Assembly: GCF_018977255.1 (NCBI RefSeq)
Contig: NW_024704742.1
Span: 96,412,001-96,476,000 of the forward strand
Direction: 5' to 3'
Length of the DNA stretch: 64,000 bases
Source of the DNA: Callorhinchus milii
Lineage: Eukaryota
In this document: one piece after another, positions 37,742-51,380 of the stretch
Layout: every line of letters begins with the position of its first letter
Numbering within the stretch: the stretch's first letter is position 1
Program-made: the position numbers and the translations under genes
Notes under the pieces: generated by a model
The model's input: only the letters and a program-made list of their open reading frames with translations
Told to the model about the DNA's origin: nothing
Databases searched by the model: none

Positions 37742-38989
37742 TGAAGAGACTACATGTTAACCAAACTGTAGCATTGAAAAAAAGTCTGTACTTTATTCCT
37801 TAAAATCAAAGACAAACGTTTATTCCACTTTGGGTGAAATACATTTTTCATGAAATTCCCATTATTTTTATATGGAATTCAGAGTGGCAATTGGCTATTC
37901 TCAAAGCTATTCCATGTCAGGAGTGGGGCACAGCAATTTAATTAGAATCTTATCAACTTTCTGTGAAGCTGTCGGTAAAGTAAAGGAAGCTGAACTCACG
38001 TTAGTTTGAACTTCTATTTAATCAGAATATTTTTTTAAAACAGTTTAAAGTCATATTTAAGAAGAAGAGGAACTGCTATGTAGGTTGGAGTAGATGGATC
38101 TTATGTAGGGTTCAGTCTTACTGTTTCTCCTGTTGGCAGACAATGCTTACAATACTGAAGCAATATGATTCCAGAACTCAGAGAGCAAAGAATGCAGGTC
38201 ATTGACCCTCCTGCACTCTGAAATAAACATCTCCTAAATACCATGGATACAAGCCACTAAATGTATTTCTTAATTTACAATTCTGGGGTAATATCTTTGT
38301 AGAATCTGCCCAGTGAAGTGAGTGCAGTGATCTAAATATGAGCACAGCACACATAGTACTGTTGAAGGGAGACAATGAGTAGTGCAGTTCATTGAATTTA
38401 AAGGCATTGAAGTAACTCACCCATGGATGGCAGAGATATTCCTTAAAGCCCTCCCAAGAACACCGCTTAGCCCACTTGTATTTAACAGCAGATATAATGT
38501 ACATCAATTAACTCATGATTATAACTGGCCAATTCAGTTGGCTAACACAGGAGGCATTAACAACTGGGCAAAGAAGCATTACTGAAGCATCCACTACCTA
38601 CTAATGATGATAATAATGGTCATTCTAGTAGGTTGACCTCTAAGTAATGAAAGCATTTGGCTAAGTGCTGCCTCCACTACAGTCTTCTCATTATTACCAT
38701 ATAGCAAGTATTTTATTGACGATAATATTGCCTGTAATATACTATTAGTTATCAGTATATCAATATAGTGATTAAGGGATAATCATTAAGCAGATAATGT
38801 CAAACCATTTCACTTCTGCCAGTGTCTGCAGTGTATATCTCTCTGTCCCCGCCCCTCCAAATTTCCTTTTCAGTCTTTTTTTTCTTACATTCCTTGTGTT
38901 CCTTCTCAACATGTATGTCCATTTGCTCCTTTTATTATATAGTTATAAGATAACCACAAGAGCAGAGAAAGAGGAACTTAAGAGGAATT

Positions 38990-39228
38990 ATTTTGACCTA
39001 GAGAATTGTTGGGATGTAGATGCTCTAGTACGGTATGGTGGTGGGGGTGGAGTCCATCATAGATTTTAAGAGGGAAGTAGACAGGCATATGGAAGAGAGG
39101 GGCTTGGAAGGGTATGGGTATAAGGTGAGGCGGTGGGATTGAAGTGATCTCCTTACTCTGTGAGCCGGTGCAGACTCAAAGGGTCGAATGGCCTCCTTCT
39201 GCACCGTAGATTTCCGAGTTTCTAAGTA
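38990..39228 (+). mobile_element. CR1-type 3' UTR fragment
   Basis: GGGTCGAATGGCCTCCTTCTGCACCGTAGATTTC end motif. Similar ends occur at ~40200-40340, 41400-41540 and 53560-53680 (+), and at 11330-11560, 18750-18940 and 27860-27980 (-). Confidence 0.7.
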
Positions 39229-40402
39229 TTAAGGAAGTTAATAAGAACCTGTGACTATTTTGAAATGAAAGATGAAATAGTCAAAGACCATACAAATAAT
39301 AAAGGCAGCCACAATATTCAAAAATAAAATACAAATGTGGTGCCAGCCCAGAAATGCATGAAGGCATAATAAACAGAGTACAAAGAAAGGCTTGCGGTAT
39401 CTAGGCATGCAAAAATTGTGGTACAAGATACAATACACGGCAGTGTCCAACAGCAGGGAATAAATGTTTCTGTGCGATGAAAACAACATTATGCCAGAGT
39501 GTGCATGAGAAGTAAGGAAATGGGCAGGAGTTGGGATACCAAGGTAGAAAGCTCAGACTCATGGCAAAGAGGGAGAGATGAGTTGAGTCTCCAGAATAAT
39601 ATTGCACATTGGTGCCATTGTGGTCTATTGTATAGGCCCATTACCAAAGCAGGCACATCAAAACATTTCTTAAACATTCGCCAATTGGCTCTTATATGTT
39701 CAGAAAATTTTAACTCACTTGGCTGCTGCAGAATTTGTAGGAAATGAGCTTGGTGCATCCTGAATTCATTCCATTTCTCCAGTTGGGTAAATGAAACCTT
39801 GCTCTGGCACTTCATCGGCAAGAAGTCACACTTCCTTCTCCGGTTGTCATATTTCTCTTTTCCTTCACTGTATTTCTCTCAGCATGTATTAGTTTACTTC
39901 TGATGCCATGTTGTGGGACAGCTCTCAAATAAAATGACAACACTTTCCACTCAGAGCTTGGCAAGTTTTCAACTTTATTGTAGGCCCACAGCCTACCTCT
40001 CCTCACTACCATTTCTCTCTGGATTTTTAGCCTGCTATGTATATTTACTTATATTTACATTGGATATTTACTTCCGATTACCTGTTTTACATCTGAACTT
40101 AAGCAACAGCAACCTTTGTGACTAGAGGAGAAACACATCCTTCATACTAGCTTAAACTCAAAGCGTACAAAATTAACATTCAGACCTTTACCATATCATT
40201 GGAAATACCTAGATTGGAAATACATAGGGAATAGAGGGGCATAGGTGAGGGGTGAAGCTTTGTGGGGTGTATAAATTAGCAGGGACCATTGGGCCGAATG
40301 ACCTGTTTCCATGCCATATGACCCTTTGTAACTCTTTGTAATTTCAGCTTTTACTACACAACCTAAAAATCTTTAATTCCTGAACTGAAATTATTTTTCA
40401 TT

Positions 40403-40788
40403 GTGGAGTCCTGTAGCTCAGTGGTTAGAGCACAAGCCTCGCAAGCAAGAGACCTGGATTCGATTCCGGGCAGGGCGAATAGTTGGGCAAGTTTCCTTTC
40501 TTCACACGCCGCTGTTTACCTAGCATTAAGTAGGAACCCAGTTGTTAGTCAATTGGCGGATCGCTTTTCCTGGCATAATAATCCCTTCAAAACAAAATTT
40601 AAAAAAAAAATTATTCGGTCACTTAATCTTTGACTGTGAGACACTGCTGTGCGCAATTGGCTGCTGCGTTTCGTCTACAAAAATATCCGGTCAATTCACT
40701 TGACAGTACACTTTGTGAAGCGCATTGAGACATCTAGAAGATATAAGGCGCTATAACAAATGTAAAAATTATTATGTATTATCATTAT
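40403..40788 (+). mobile_element. tRNA-Ala SINE, long form
   Basis: Head with CGC loop, internal segment and TAGAA tail loop. Confidence 0.93.
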
Positions 40789-41545
40789 TTATAAAGCCAT
40801 TCTTACCTCTCTAACCTCTAGTCAAAATTAAGTGTTGTGAAGGAGAGAGAGTACACACTACATGCTAGGCATATGGAAATTTCCATGCTAATGTAGAATA
40901 CTCAGCAGTTTGCTTTGGTTGCTCCTAGGGACGATGATAGGTTTCTAGCTGATCAAAAACAAATCGGTTTCAGTACCTCTCACATTACACCTCCCCCTCC
41001 CTCCACCCCCATCCTAAGCATTGCATTGCAACTGGATCTCCTTGGATGATTTGCAACCATCTCAAACTAGTTCTCAAGAGCCATGGTACCTCACAAATTT
41101 GACACTATACTGGCAACTTCATGCACAGTGGCCACAGAATGATTCATAAAACAATTGGAGAGTGTAACGAAGTGTGTAAGTAGGGTGTAGGTGGAAGCAA
41201 GTAACTGGGGCAGAGAATTTATTCTACATGTAGGCATTCTGTACATTACCTGAGAATATTTGAAGGTGGCAATCGATTTCTCATTTCTAAGTTGCTGTAC
41301 CTAGAAGCAAAATACATACCACTGTTTGAAAGCCTAAAAGGGAAAAGGTTATACAGTGTTAGCAATCCACACCTATGTCAACACAAATTATAAAAATTGT
41401 GCAGTTTAAAAACAAGATAGACAGATACTTGGATAGTAGAAGTATTAAGGGGTTTGGCAGAATGGTTTAAAAGCTTTGTCAAGATCTAATAAAGTGGTAG
41501 AATAGGCTCATTTGCCTGAATGGCCTCCTTTTGAATGGCCTCAAT

Positions 41546-43747
41546 CCCTAACCGCTGCCTTGGAGTCCTCTGAACTCCTCTCCCGCTAGCCTTCAACCCT
41601 CACCGACCCTTCTTCTGCTCCCACCCTCCTCCACAACACCCTCTCCTCCACACTTGACACTCTTGCCCCTATCACCTCCCGTACTGTCTCCTACTCTCGC
41701 TCCTCCCCCTGGTTCACCACCCACCTCCGCTCACTGAAGAGCCAGGTGCGGGCCGCTGAACGCACCTGGGTCAAATCTGGCCTAATGGTCCACCGACAAA
41801 TCTGGCTGGACCTCCTCAAAATCTACCGCTCCACTCTAGCCTCGGCCAAAGCGAAGGACAACCCCAGGCTACTGTTCTCCACCACATCCCAACTCCTTCG
41901 TCCACCCCGCCACCCCACGCAGGTCATCTCCTCCAACCTTCACTGTGAGGAGATGCTGGATTTCCTTGAATCCAAGATCAAGGGAATTCGCTCCGCGGTC
42001 ACTTCCCCTCCAACATCCACCCACCACCCACCCCTTCCCTCCCACACTCCGACTCCTACCCATCCTCCCCTACACACCTTCGTACCCATTTCCCCACCCT
42101 CTGTCACCAAACTCATCCTATCCCTGAAACTCACCACCTGCTCCCTTGACCCCATCCCCACTCCACTCCTTATCTCCCAGCTCCACCTCCTTGCCCCACA
42201 TATCACAGACATCGTCAACCTGTCCCTCTCCTCTGGCTCTATTCCCATTCCCTTAAAAACTGCCACCATCACTCCCACCTTAAAAAAACCCTCCCTTGAT
42301 GCGTCGCAGCTATCAAGCTACCGGCCCATCTCCAACCTCCCCTTCCTGTCCAAGGTCCTAGAATGAGTTGTCGCCTCCCAGCTGCGCTCTTTCCTCTCCA
42401 ACCATTCACTTTTCGAACCCCTTCAGTCGGGTTTCCGTGCTGCCCATAGCACAGAAACTGCCCTGGTCAAGGTCACCAATGACATCCTGACCATCTGTGA
42501 CCAGGGCTCCCTCTGCCTCCTCGTCCTCCTCGACCATGCTATCCTCCTCCACCGCTTGTCCTCCCACCTAAACCTTCAAGGCCCTGTCCTTGAGTGGTTT
42601 AGGTCGTACCTCTCCCACCGTCTTCACTTTGTTTCCACGAATGGTTTTTCCTCCGGCCCCCGCACTGTCTCGTGCGGTGTCCCTCAAGGCTCTGTCCTCG
42701 GTCCCCTCCTCTTCACCCTCCATATGCTCCCCCTTGGTGACATCATCCGCAGACATGGGGTTAACTTCCATGCAGATGACACCCAACTCTACCTTTCCTC
42801 CTCTACCCTCAACTCCACGACCACCAATGTCCTGACAGCCTGCCTATCCGACATCGAGTCCTGGACAAGAGATAACTTTCTCCAGCTCAACGTGCGCAAA
42901 ACTGAGGCCCTCCTGATTGGCTCCTCCGCACCTCAGGCGCTGACAGCATCAGCATCCAAGGCTGCACTCTCCACCTCTCAAAGCCAGTCAGGAACCTCGG
43001 GGTTCTGTTCGACCCTGAGCTGTCCTTTCTCCCTCATATCCGCGCCACAACTGGCACCGCCTTCCATCACCTCCGGAATGTCGCCAGACTACGGCACTAC
43101 CTCACCCCTCACGCTGCTGAAACTCTGGTCCACGCCTTTATCACCTCAAGGCTGGACTATGGGAACTCTCTCCTCGCCGGCCTTCCCGGCACCTCCCTCC
43201 ACAAGCTGCAGGTCATTCAGAACTCTGCAGCTCGTGTACTGTCCCGCACCAGGACCACATCACTCCCACCCTCGCTCGCCTCCACTGGCTCCCCATCCCC
43301 CAGAGGATCGAATTCAAGATCCTCATCCTCACCTACAAGGCCATTCACGGCCTTGCTCCCTCCTACCTCTCTGACCTACTATCCCCCTACCTACCTGCCC
43401 GTACCCTCCGTTCCTCTGGCTCCGGTCTGCTCCACATCCCCCGCCCCAACCGCCCTACCATCGGTGGACGGGCCTTCAGCCTCTCAGCCCCGAGGCTCTG
43501 GAACTCTATCCCCCAGTGCCTTCGCCTTGCTTCCTCCCTTTCCTCCTTCAAGGCCGGTCTCAAGACCTTTCTCTTTGACCGTGCCTTCAGCTCCCCTCTC
43601 GACTCTCTACCCCCTCCTCGCTCCCTCCCTTCCCTCCCCTCACCCTGACCATTTCCCCCCTGCTCGGGTCCTGACCCAACTGTACAGCGCCTTGGGATGT
43701 CCTCCCGACGTGAAAGGCGCTCAATAAATGGAATCTTGTTGTTGTTG
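41546..43747 (+). mobile_element. L2-clade LINE, 5'-truncated (~2.2 kb), disrupted ORF2 reverse transcriptase
   Basis: Peptides [36 protein letters not shown] and [22 protein letters not shown] (a 6-nt deletion removes the two codons before ADD, i.e. the MY seen in the 62.3-63.0 kb copy). Stops and frameshifts present; 3' stem-loop and (GTT)n tail. Confidence 0.95.
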
Positions 43748-45616
43748 TTTTGTTCCTGTTTTTCTACATTCCTATGAAAGACACCAAAGTGTGAAACAAG
43801 TGGGTAGCAAAACACCATTCTGACTTCAAATCCTGTGGAAAACATCACAAGTTTAGACCCCATCATCTCAAGATTACAGAAAACGTATGAGGTTACATTC
43901 TTTGCTGTGGTAAATATTTCTTGAGTAGCTGGCTAGGATGGAGTTATTTCTACATTGAAAGGAGCTCAGTGTTGCTGATGAAATTTGTTTAATTGTTCAT
44001 CCAGATCTGTGCTGTGCTGAGTCTTTTTTACATGGATTGAAAAAAACGCTCATTGAGAAAACAGGAGTGTAAATGGGGCCTCAATTCAGGTAAAATGTCT
44101 ACTGCAGAGAATCCCTTGTACATGACTCTGACTTACAACAATTCAGCTCTGACCTAAGATCTCCTCGGAGCAGAGAAACCACGAGTCAGAATAGAATATA
44201 TGAGGGTTCCAGCAGAGGAAACATTTAACATCTAGAGATGCTTTTCCTGGTATGAGGCACCATTTACTCTGACATTTTCCCAAAGGACAATGTTTAAACC
44301 CCCATGGATTTAGGATGATACAAATTGATGTGCAGAATACACTTTGTGGGGTAGTGTGGTGATACCTTCTGATTGGCTAAGCTTTAGTAAAGCTCGGGGA
44401 TTGCACAGTGTGCTTTAGCCATTAAATGATCATTTTCTTTGGAATGAAAAAAGTCAAAAGGGACTAACATTCACGTAATGTGGCATAATATCCTAATGGC
44501 TTCTAAATGATACGTTTTATTGGATGAGTTTGATTGCTAGGCACACCATCACATTGGCGAGTTGATGGCAACGCTAATTATTTAAAGTAGGTTTTACTGA
44601 ATTCTCATGGAAATAAGTTGGTCCAGAATTCAATCCTTGTAAGTCAGTTCTTTATCTGCAGGAAGAGGAGATGGTCTAGTTTTTGTTGATTACTACACTT
44701 GAACTGCATAGGCAAGTATTTTTGATTTTTTTCAAATAAACAGATAATGGTTAGGAAAACATAACCCAACTATCACTAACAAAAATTATGGCATGTGATG
44801 CGACTATTTCCGCTAGTGATAGTTATCACATCACACGTCACATTTGTCCACACCTAAGTTAGTCCAAAAAAATCTGATGTTTAGGAAAATTTCTTTGGTT
44901 TCTTTCCTTCAAAAATGTAAAAGGCAGGGCACCACCAGAGGTGGAAAGAGCAGCAGAGAAGATAAGATAGAGGGGAAATGATGCCAAGCTAGGACTTTAA
45001 ATGACTCAGATTGTAGAAGGATGAGAATGTTGATTGACAGATAGGTAGCTTGGAAGGAAAGCTATAATAACCAGCGCCTTTCACGTGGGATACACATCTC
45101 AAAAAACACTTCACAGAGATGGAAGGGAGTGCCTTTCAACAGGAGAGCAAGAGTGTAAGGGTGTCAACCGAATGTATGCACAAAGAGATCTGTTTAAAAA
45201 CAGTTTAGGTGTTAAGGAGAAGGAGCGAGGGGAAGGGATTTGTGGAGAGTTCCAGAGAGTTGAGGTACATAGTGGCCATACATACATTACATCTGAGAAT
45301 GACACTGTTGGCTTATTCTTCAAGTTGCTTAATATAGCAATTGACTCATTCTCTGGAACTCTCCTTTGCAGTTTCTGGCCTAATTATTTAAAATATTGAG
45401 TTAAGAGTAATTTAAGATAATATTAAATGTGTTTTCTCTATTTTAGCTGTGCTCACTTTTTGTGTTGATTTGTGTGTCCTTTGTGTGAGATCAGTACATT
45501 GTGATTATTCATGCTAATGAGTCTGGATCAAATAGACCAAAATAATAAAAGGTAAATTTGATAAACCACAATAACTAAAATAATTACCCTTTCTATATAA
45601 AAAAAAGGTATTAATT

Positions 45617-46095
45617 GTGGAGTCCTGTAGCTTAGTGGTTAGAGCACTCGTCTCACAAGCAAGAGGACCTGGGTTTGATTCCCGGCAGGGCGAAATGTTG
45701 GGCAACAACAACAACAAAATTACATTTGGAAAGTGCCTTTCACGTTGGGAGGATGTCTCAAAGCATTGGGAAGGCGCTAGCAAGTTTCCTTAATCCACAT
45801 GCCTCTGTTTATCTAGCAGTAAGTAGGAACCCGGTTGTTAGTCGATTGGCACATCGCTATTCCGGGGGTAATAATCCCTTAAAAGAAATCCCCCCAAAAT
45901 AAGTAAATAATAATAATTTGGTCACTCAATGCACAATTATTTGTGGGACACTGCTACGTGCAAATGGCTGCCGCATTTTGCCCACAAAATATACAGTCAA
46001 TTCACTTTACAGTATATTCGGTAAGCACTTTGAGACGTGATAAGAAGATGTGATAAGGCGCTATATCAAATGCAAGGATTATTAGTATTATTATA
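45617..46095 (+). mobile_element. tRNA-Ala SINE, long form, with a nested antisense L2 3'-tail fragment (~45703-45780)
   Basis: The SINE is split between TTGGG and CAAGTTTCC by (CAA)n-AATTACATTT..TTTCACGTTGGGAGGATGTC. Confidence 0.92.
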
Positions 46096-46975
46096 AAACA
46101 GTGGAAAATAAGAAGAGGAGTAATACGTTCAACTCATTGAGCCTGCTCTGCCAATTTATTAGTTCATGCTAGCTCTAAATCTTTTAAATCCTATCTTCTG
46201 TTCTGCCTGTCAGTTTATCTAACCTCCATACACCTCAATCAATTCTCCATCTGAGGCCTTCTGAAGTAAGTACATTTCCATTCTCGTATTATTTTGTGTG
46301 AACACGTGCTTTCTGGATTAACTTTTAACTGATATTAGCTCCGTGTTTAAGATTATTATTTTGGTTACACATTGTGAACCACTGACTCAAGGACAATAAG
46401 AGCCACTTGTTTGGAAACATTAGAATTCTCTCATCTGGCCATAATGGCAATTCTATTTTCCCTGATCTCTAATGTGTATCATTCATGTGTATCATCCAGT
46501 TCTGATGATGGGGTTCAGAGATCCCATAAATTCAGCAACATTCATTATTTAAGACTCCTTTGTGTCTTCTGAATTTACAACATCTGCTGGTTGTTCTTTT
46601 CTTTTCTAAGTCGTAGTTATGATCTCTTTACTCATACCCTTGGTTGACAGGTGCACTTGTTACTTTAACTATTAGCAACAACTTGTCACTATGGCTTTGG
46701 GTGCCACTATGTCAGTGTAGGAGAGGGAACAAAAACAGATTTCAAACCCCACACTGCTCAGCTCCCGATCTGAACTGAGAGTTGCAGTGTGGAAAAAACA
46801 GGCAGAGAAGGTGGGAGGAGAGAAAATTGTAGAGCAGGACTGTACCTGGATAGTCTGGTTTCTCATCAGTGGGTGATGTGACACAGCAACAGAGGTTTGG
46901 GAGGAAGCAACATGTCCTCCTTCTGGGATGCAGGCAGCAGAGCAATAAAATAAAGCAAATAAAAATTGAAAACTT

Positions 46976-47351
46976 ATAATAATAATAATAAATAATCCTT
47001 GGATTTGATATAGCGCCTTATCACGTCTACGAGACATCTCAAGGTGCTTCACAGTATATACTGTTAAGTGAATTGACTGTATATTTTGCGGGCAAAACGT
47101 GCCAGCTAATTGTGCATAGCAGTGTCCCACAAACAATTATGGATTGAATGACCAAATATTTTTGTGGGGGGATTATTACCCCCAGAAAGCGCTCAGTCAA
47201 TCGACTAACAACTGAGTTCCTACTTACTGCTAGGTAAACGGAGTCGTGTGGAGTAAGGAAACTTGCCCAAAGTTTCACCCTGCTGGGAATCAAACCCAGG
47301 TCCTCTCGCTTGCAAGGCAAATGCTCTAACCACTAAGTTACAGGACTCCAC
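46976..47351 (-). mobile_element. tRNA-Ala SINE, long form
   Basis: Full head, internal segment and tail. Confidence 0.93.
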
Positions 47352-48562
47352 TTTGTCATGAAAGCAAGAAAAATCATAGGCTACAACAAAATATGATTAG
47401 CATAAATTGGGTTTACGCCCATTATTGTTTACACAGTGAGATTCTGATCTCAGCCTGGTCAGAAGGAAACAACGAGCATTGCCTTTACACTTGCCCACAT
47501 GCTGTGGAGTGCGGGATGAAACAGACAGAGTAAGTAGTCAAGGACAGCGCATGAAGCAAAAGGCCACCAAATAAAATGCTGGGTCAGCAAAGATGAGAGA
47601 ATTACACCATATACTTAATCCATCTTTGGAGAGTTTTCATTACCCTTTCAAAGATCTCATTCCGAGTTGGATCCGCTATGGGATCATATTGAGAGAATAC
47701 TGGTTTTGAGTCTTTTCTCATTTCATTACAAACAGGATTTAAGAAGCCAATAGTGCAATAGTCCAGTGTGGTTCTTTACGCCCATTCAATTTCACTCTCC
47801 GTGCTGCAGAAATACAATTAGCAGAGATTAAAAGTCTTCACCAGCAAAACCCTGGAATTCCAGCCTTCTTGTGAAGTGAGCCAAGTTAGGCTGATTTTGC
47901 TTATTAGAGCAAGCACTATATAGCTTTCCAGATTTGTGCTTTGCCAGGCAGACCTACTGATTGTTTCATCGCTCTAATTGTGATGACTTTAACCCAGAAA
48001 ATCTCCTCCATCTAAACTGGCATGGCTGAGGGAAATTCATTTAGACAAGACCAGAGACAGGAATCAACAGGAAAGGAAATGACCATTGAGTCTAACTGGC
48101 CAGGCTCAAAACCCAGTTAACATTTTGCATAATTAGCCCATTTTTCATATGTGCCACAATGTGGACATTCAGTTCAGTTTCCTGGAAAAGATTAGAGTTG
48201 GACCCTATCTGATTACCTCCCTTGGAAATACTGCACTTTGAATCCATGTATTGAAGACATTAGCACTGAAGACCACTTGTCTGTTAAGTAAAATCTCATG
48301 TTAAAATGTTGCTTAAATGATTGAATCATCTCCATTGTTTCATTGTATAATGATTTGTCTCTACTTTTAGTCCATAATTTGATAAACCTTGATTACCCTG
48401 CACTCCTAAATACAAGTGGTGTTTCACTGGCTCTCTCCCCCACCCGCCTTGTCAATTGTCTTGTTTACACTAACCTCTGCCATATTTAGACTACAAACCT
48501 ACCTCTGCTGCATTATTTTAATTCCACATGCGCACAGTCACACACTTTCAAACATTCGCAGC

Positions 48563-48730
48563 CTCTGTCTTTCTTTCTATCCTCACATCTCTCTCTCTCT
48601 CTCTCCAGTTCCTTCCCTGTTGTGCTCTCTCTGCCTCTTGTCCCATTTTCTCTCTCTCCCTGCTTCTCTCTCTCCCGTATCTCATTTTCTCTCTCCTTCC
48701 CCATCTCTTTTCGTATCTCTCTCTCCCTCT
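48563..48730. repeat. CT-rich degenerate microsatellite / polypyrimidine tract
   Basis: Direct inspection. Confidence 0.9.
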
Positions 48731-50981
48731 CGATGGCAATATATTAGCAAGAAAGAATGGGACTCTTTTAAGGAAGAAGGTAAAATGAAGGGAATCATTC
48801 TAATGGGCATCAAAGAGAATAAGGATATAAGAAAACAGGTTATCAGAAATGGGATTACAGCAATTCAACCATTATGGTCACACAGAACATGCACGATCTA
48901 CAAAGCTGCACTTGTTTTGAGATTGCAACCCAGAACCTTACACATTATTAGCAAGATTCCTTCAGCACGAATCATACTCCTGTATCAATGAGCCACTGTT
49001 GACAGGATGGTGGAGGGGGAGTTGGAAAGTTGTGTGCAGATGAAGCAAACAGGAGGGAGAAAATAAAAGGTATAAAGGGAAATATGCAGTATCTGAGACA
49101 GCGGGAAGGGGAAAGGAGTGGATCAGAAGTGTGAGGGGCATAACAGTAATGAAGTCAGGGGGGTGGGAAATCAGGTAGCAATTTGGATGAGCCAAAGGGA
49201 CTTCTTTATCCAAACCAATCTTGTGAACGACTTGTATTTTGTTTTGGTTAGCTGGGAATCATACGGAAACCTATCACCATGCTTAAGAGTATCCAAACCA
49301 AACTACTGGGAGTTTCACATACACATGGAAATTTCCCTTTGCCTGTAGTTCTTTTCACATATGATCATCTCAAAACACAATGGTGGGAATGATAGATGCT
49401 GAATAAGAAGTGGTATTAGTGGGAATAAAATGTTTTAAATACCTTGGGACATCCTCCTGAGGTGAAAAGCGATACTAAAAACCCGGCTAACTGAACTAGT
49501 GAGGGGGGAGGGAAGAGATCTGGTGTGAGCCAGTATAAGTACAACTAGTAATGGCTTTCTCCATATTTTGTATGTGCAAATGTACTGTAATTAAACTTAG
49601 CTATCTTCTGCTCACTCACCACAACAGGCCTACACACGAACACTGTGATGGCTGGCCACTGTGAAGGACGATGAGGCGAGAAGCTATGGGCATCATGTGG
49701 GCTGCTCAGGGCAGCGATTGCACACACTAGGAGACTCAATGGCACGCATAGCATTGGCTAGCAGGAGCCTAACACGAGTCTGCAGAAATATTTGGCCTCA
49801 GAAATATTTTATAGTTTTTCGGCTTTGGGCCTGGTCCATCTAGGTTCAAATTCTGGATCCTCCAGAGGAGGTTACTGCACACAAATGGAAATCTGTTGTT
49901 GTTGGTGATGTTGCAGGAGTTTACAGGAACAAAGCCACAGCCCAGAAAATTTAGATTTTTTAAAATAGCAGGGAGAGAGATAGCAAGAAAAAGTGTGGAA
50001 GAATGTTCTGGACAATATCTCAGACTCAAACTACCTGGGTGTTTCACTTAATTTATCGAGTATCGTGAAGGCTTTTATTCCAGAGCTACATTTTAATATT
50101 AAATTTAGGTTTTAATCTTATTTTAAAAGAGTGCGTGACAAAGCAGGGTTGAAATGCTGCACCAGCAGCTAGCAATATTTTAGGGACCCAAATCCCCGAG
50201 ACCTTTTTTTAAAAAAAAACAAGTGAAATTATTCCCAGTCGTGGAAGCAGCAATTTAACGCTGAGAGGTGTTCGGTTCTCCTGCAGTAACTTTGATCTTT
50301 GCAAGACTTCCTTTTGTACCTGTGCCCAGAGCAACAAGCAATTTGCCCCAGTGCAAAATGAGTTAGCGACACTGCCAAGAGATTAAATTCAGGCACAATA
50401 TGTGGGAAATGAGTTGCAGAACTTTGGTAATAAATGCTGTAAAGCAGAACTTGAGGAATTCAAGGTTCCAGGTGGCACGGTGCCACGCAGCAAGTTAGAA
50501 CTCTAATGCAGTGAGTAGCAGGAAGCACATTCAATCATTGTGATTATTCCTCACACAGCAAGGAGATCACTCTCTCCAGCAGAGCTAATGCATCGACATT
50601 AGTAACAGACACCTAGATTTTACCACAATTAGCACACGTGGCAGAGTGCACAGATTCTGATAAGTGGAGTATTACCCCCAAGTTCCTGATCTTAACCTAC
50701 AGTGTCAGGGAGTTTCCTGAAGGGAAAGTGAAAAAAAAAATCTATTGAAATGCAATAGTTCGAGGAAATGGAAAATCTCATTAAAAGTTCACACAGTCGA
50801 TTAAAGGAGAAACACCAGCCTCCCCCCATCGCACCCCAACTCAGAATAAAATGCTTGTGGAGCTTTGAAAGATAAGAAATATAAGGTAGCAAGGTGTGGA
50901 TTACTACTGTTATAGCAAAGGGCTGTTTGGAAAGCACCTGCCTTAGAAAATTCTGTCCTGATAGTTTAATGGATAAGGTTA

Positions 50982-51380
50982 GTATAATAATAATAATCCT
51001 TGCATTTGATATAATACCTTAACACGGTTGAAATATTTCAGTTTTCTGTAAAGTGTAGTGACTGTAAATGTGTAAGCAAATGCAGTAGCCAATTTATGTC
51101 CAGCAATATAACAAATGTATGATCTCTCTCTGGGGAATTGATGGCCAGGACATTGAGAGAAACTCCTTTTTCTTTTCAAATAGAGCCATGGGATCTATAA
51201 CAACCACCCGAACATGCAGACAAGATTTTAGTTTAGCAAAGGATGGCACGACTAACAATACAAGGCTCCTAAGCACTGTACTGGAGTGTCAGCCCAGACG
51301 ATGACTGACAACACAGGGCTTGAATCCACAATTTTCTGACTCAGAGACAAGATTGCTAACAACTAAGCCAGGATGACACT
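50982..51380 (-). mobile_element. Deu-domain-like SINE, near full length, degenerate
   Basis: (TAA)n tail, GGCCAGGACA..GCCATGGGATCT..GTACTGGAGTGTCAGCC, and a tRNA-like head remnant. Confidence 0.7.

Noticed and set aside
46496..46600. Third hammerhead / Penelope-like copy (CCAGTTCTGATGA..)
   Set aside because: It lacks the GAAA core and helix III; at most a degenerate relic.
47437..47529. Possible 93-nt plus-strand exon (ACACAG|..AGA|GTAAGT) with one open frame
   Set aside because: The peptide (EILISAWSEGNNEHCLYTCPHAVECGMKQT) is not recognised and the acceptor is weak; such signals arise by chance in 64 kb.
48416..48991. 191-aa ORF and overlapping RE-rich antisense ORFs
   Set aside because: Produced by the CT microsatellite.
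49950..50700. Repeat-poor stretch that might be a conserved non-coding element
   Set aside because: Impression only; needs a cross-species alignment.
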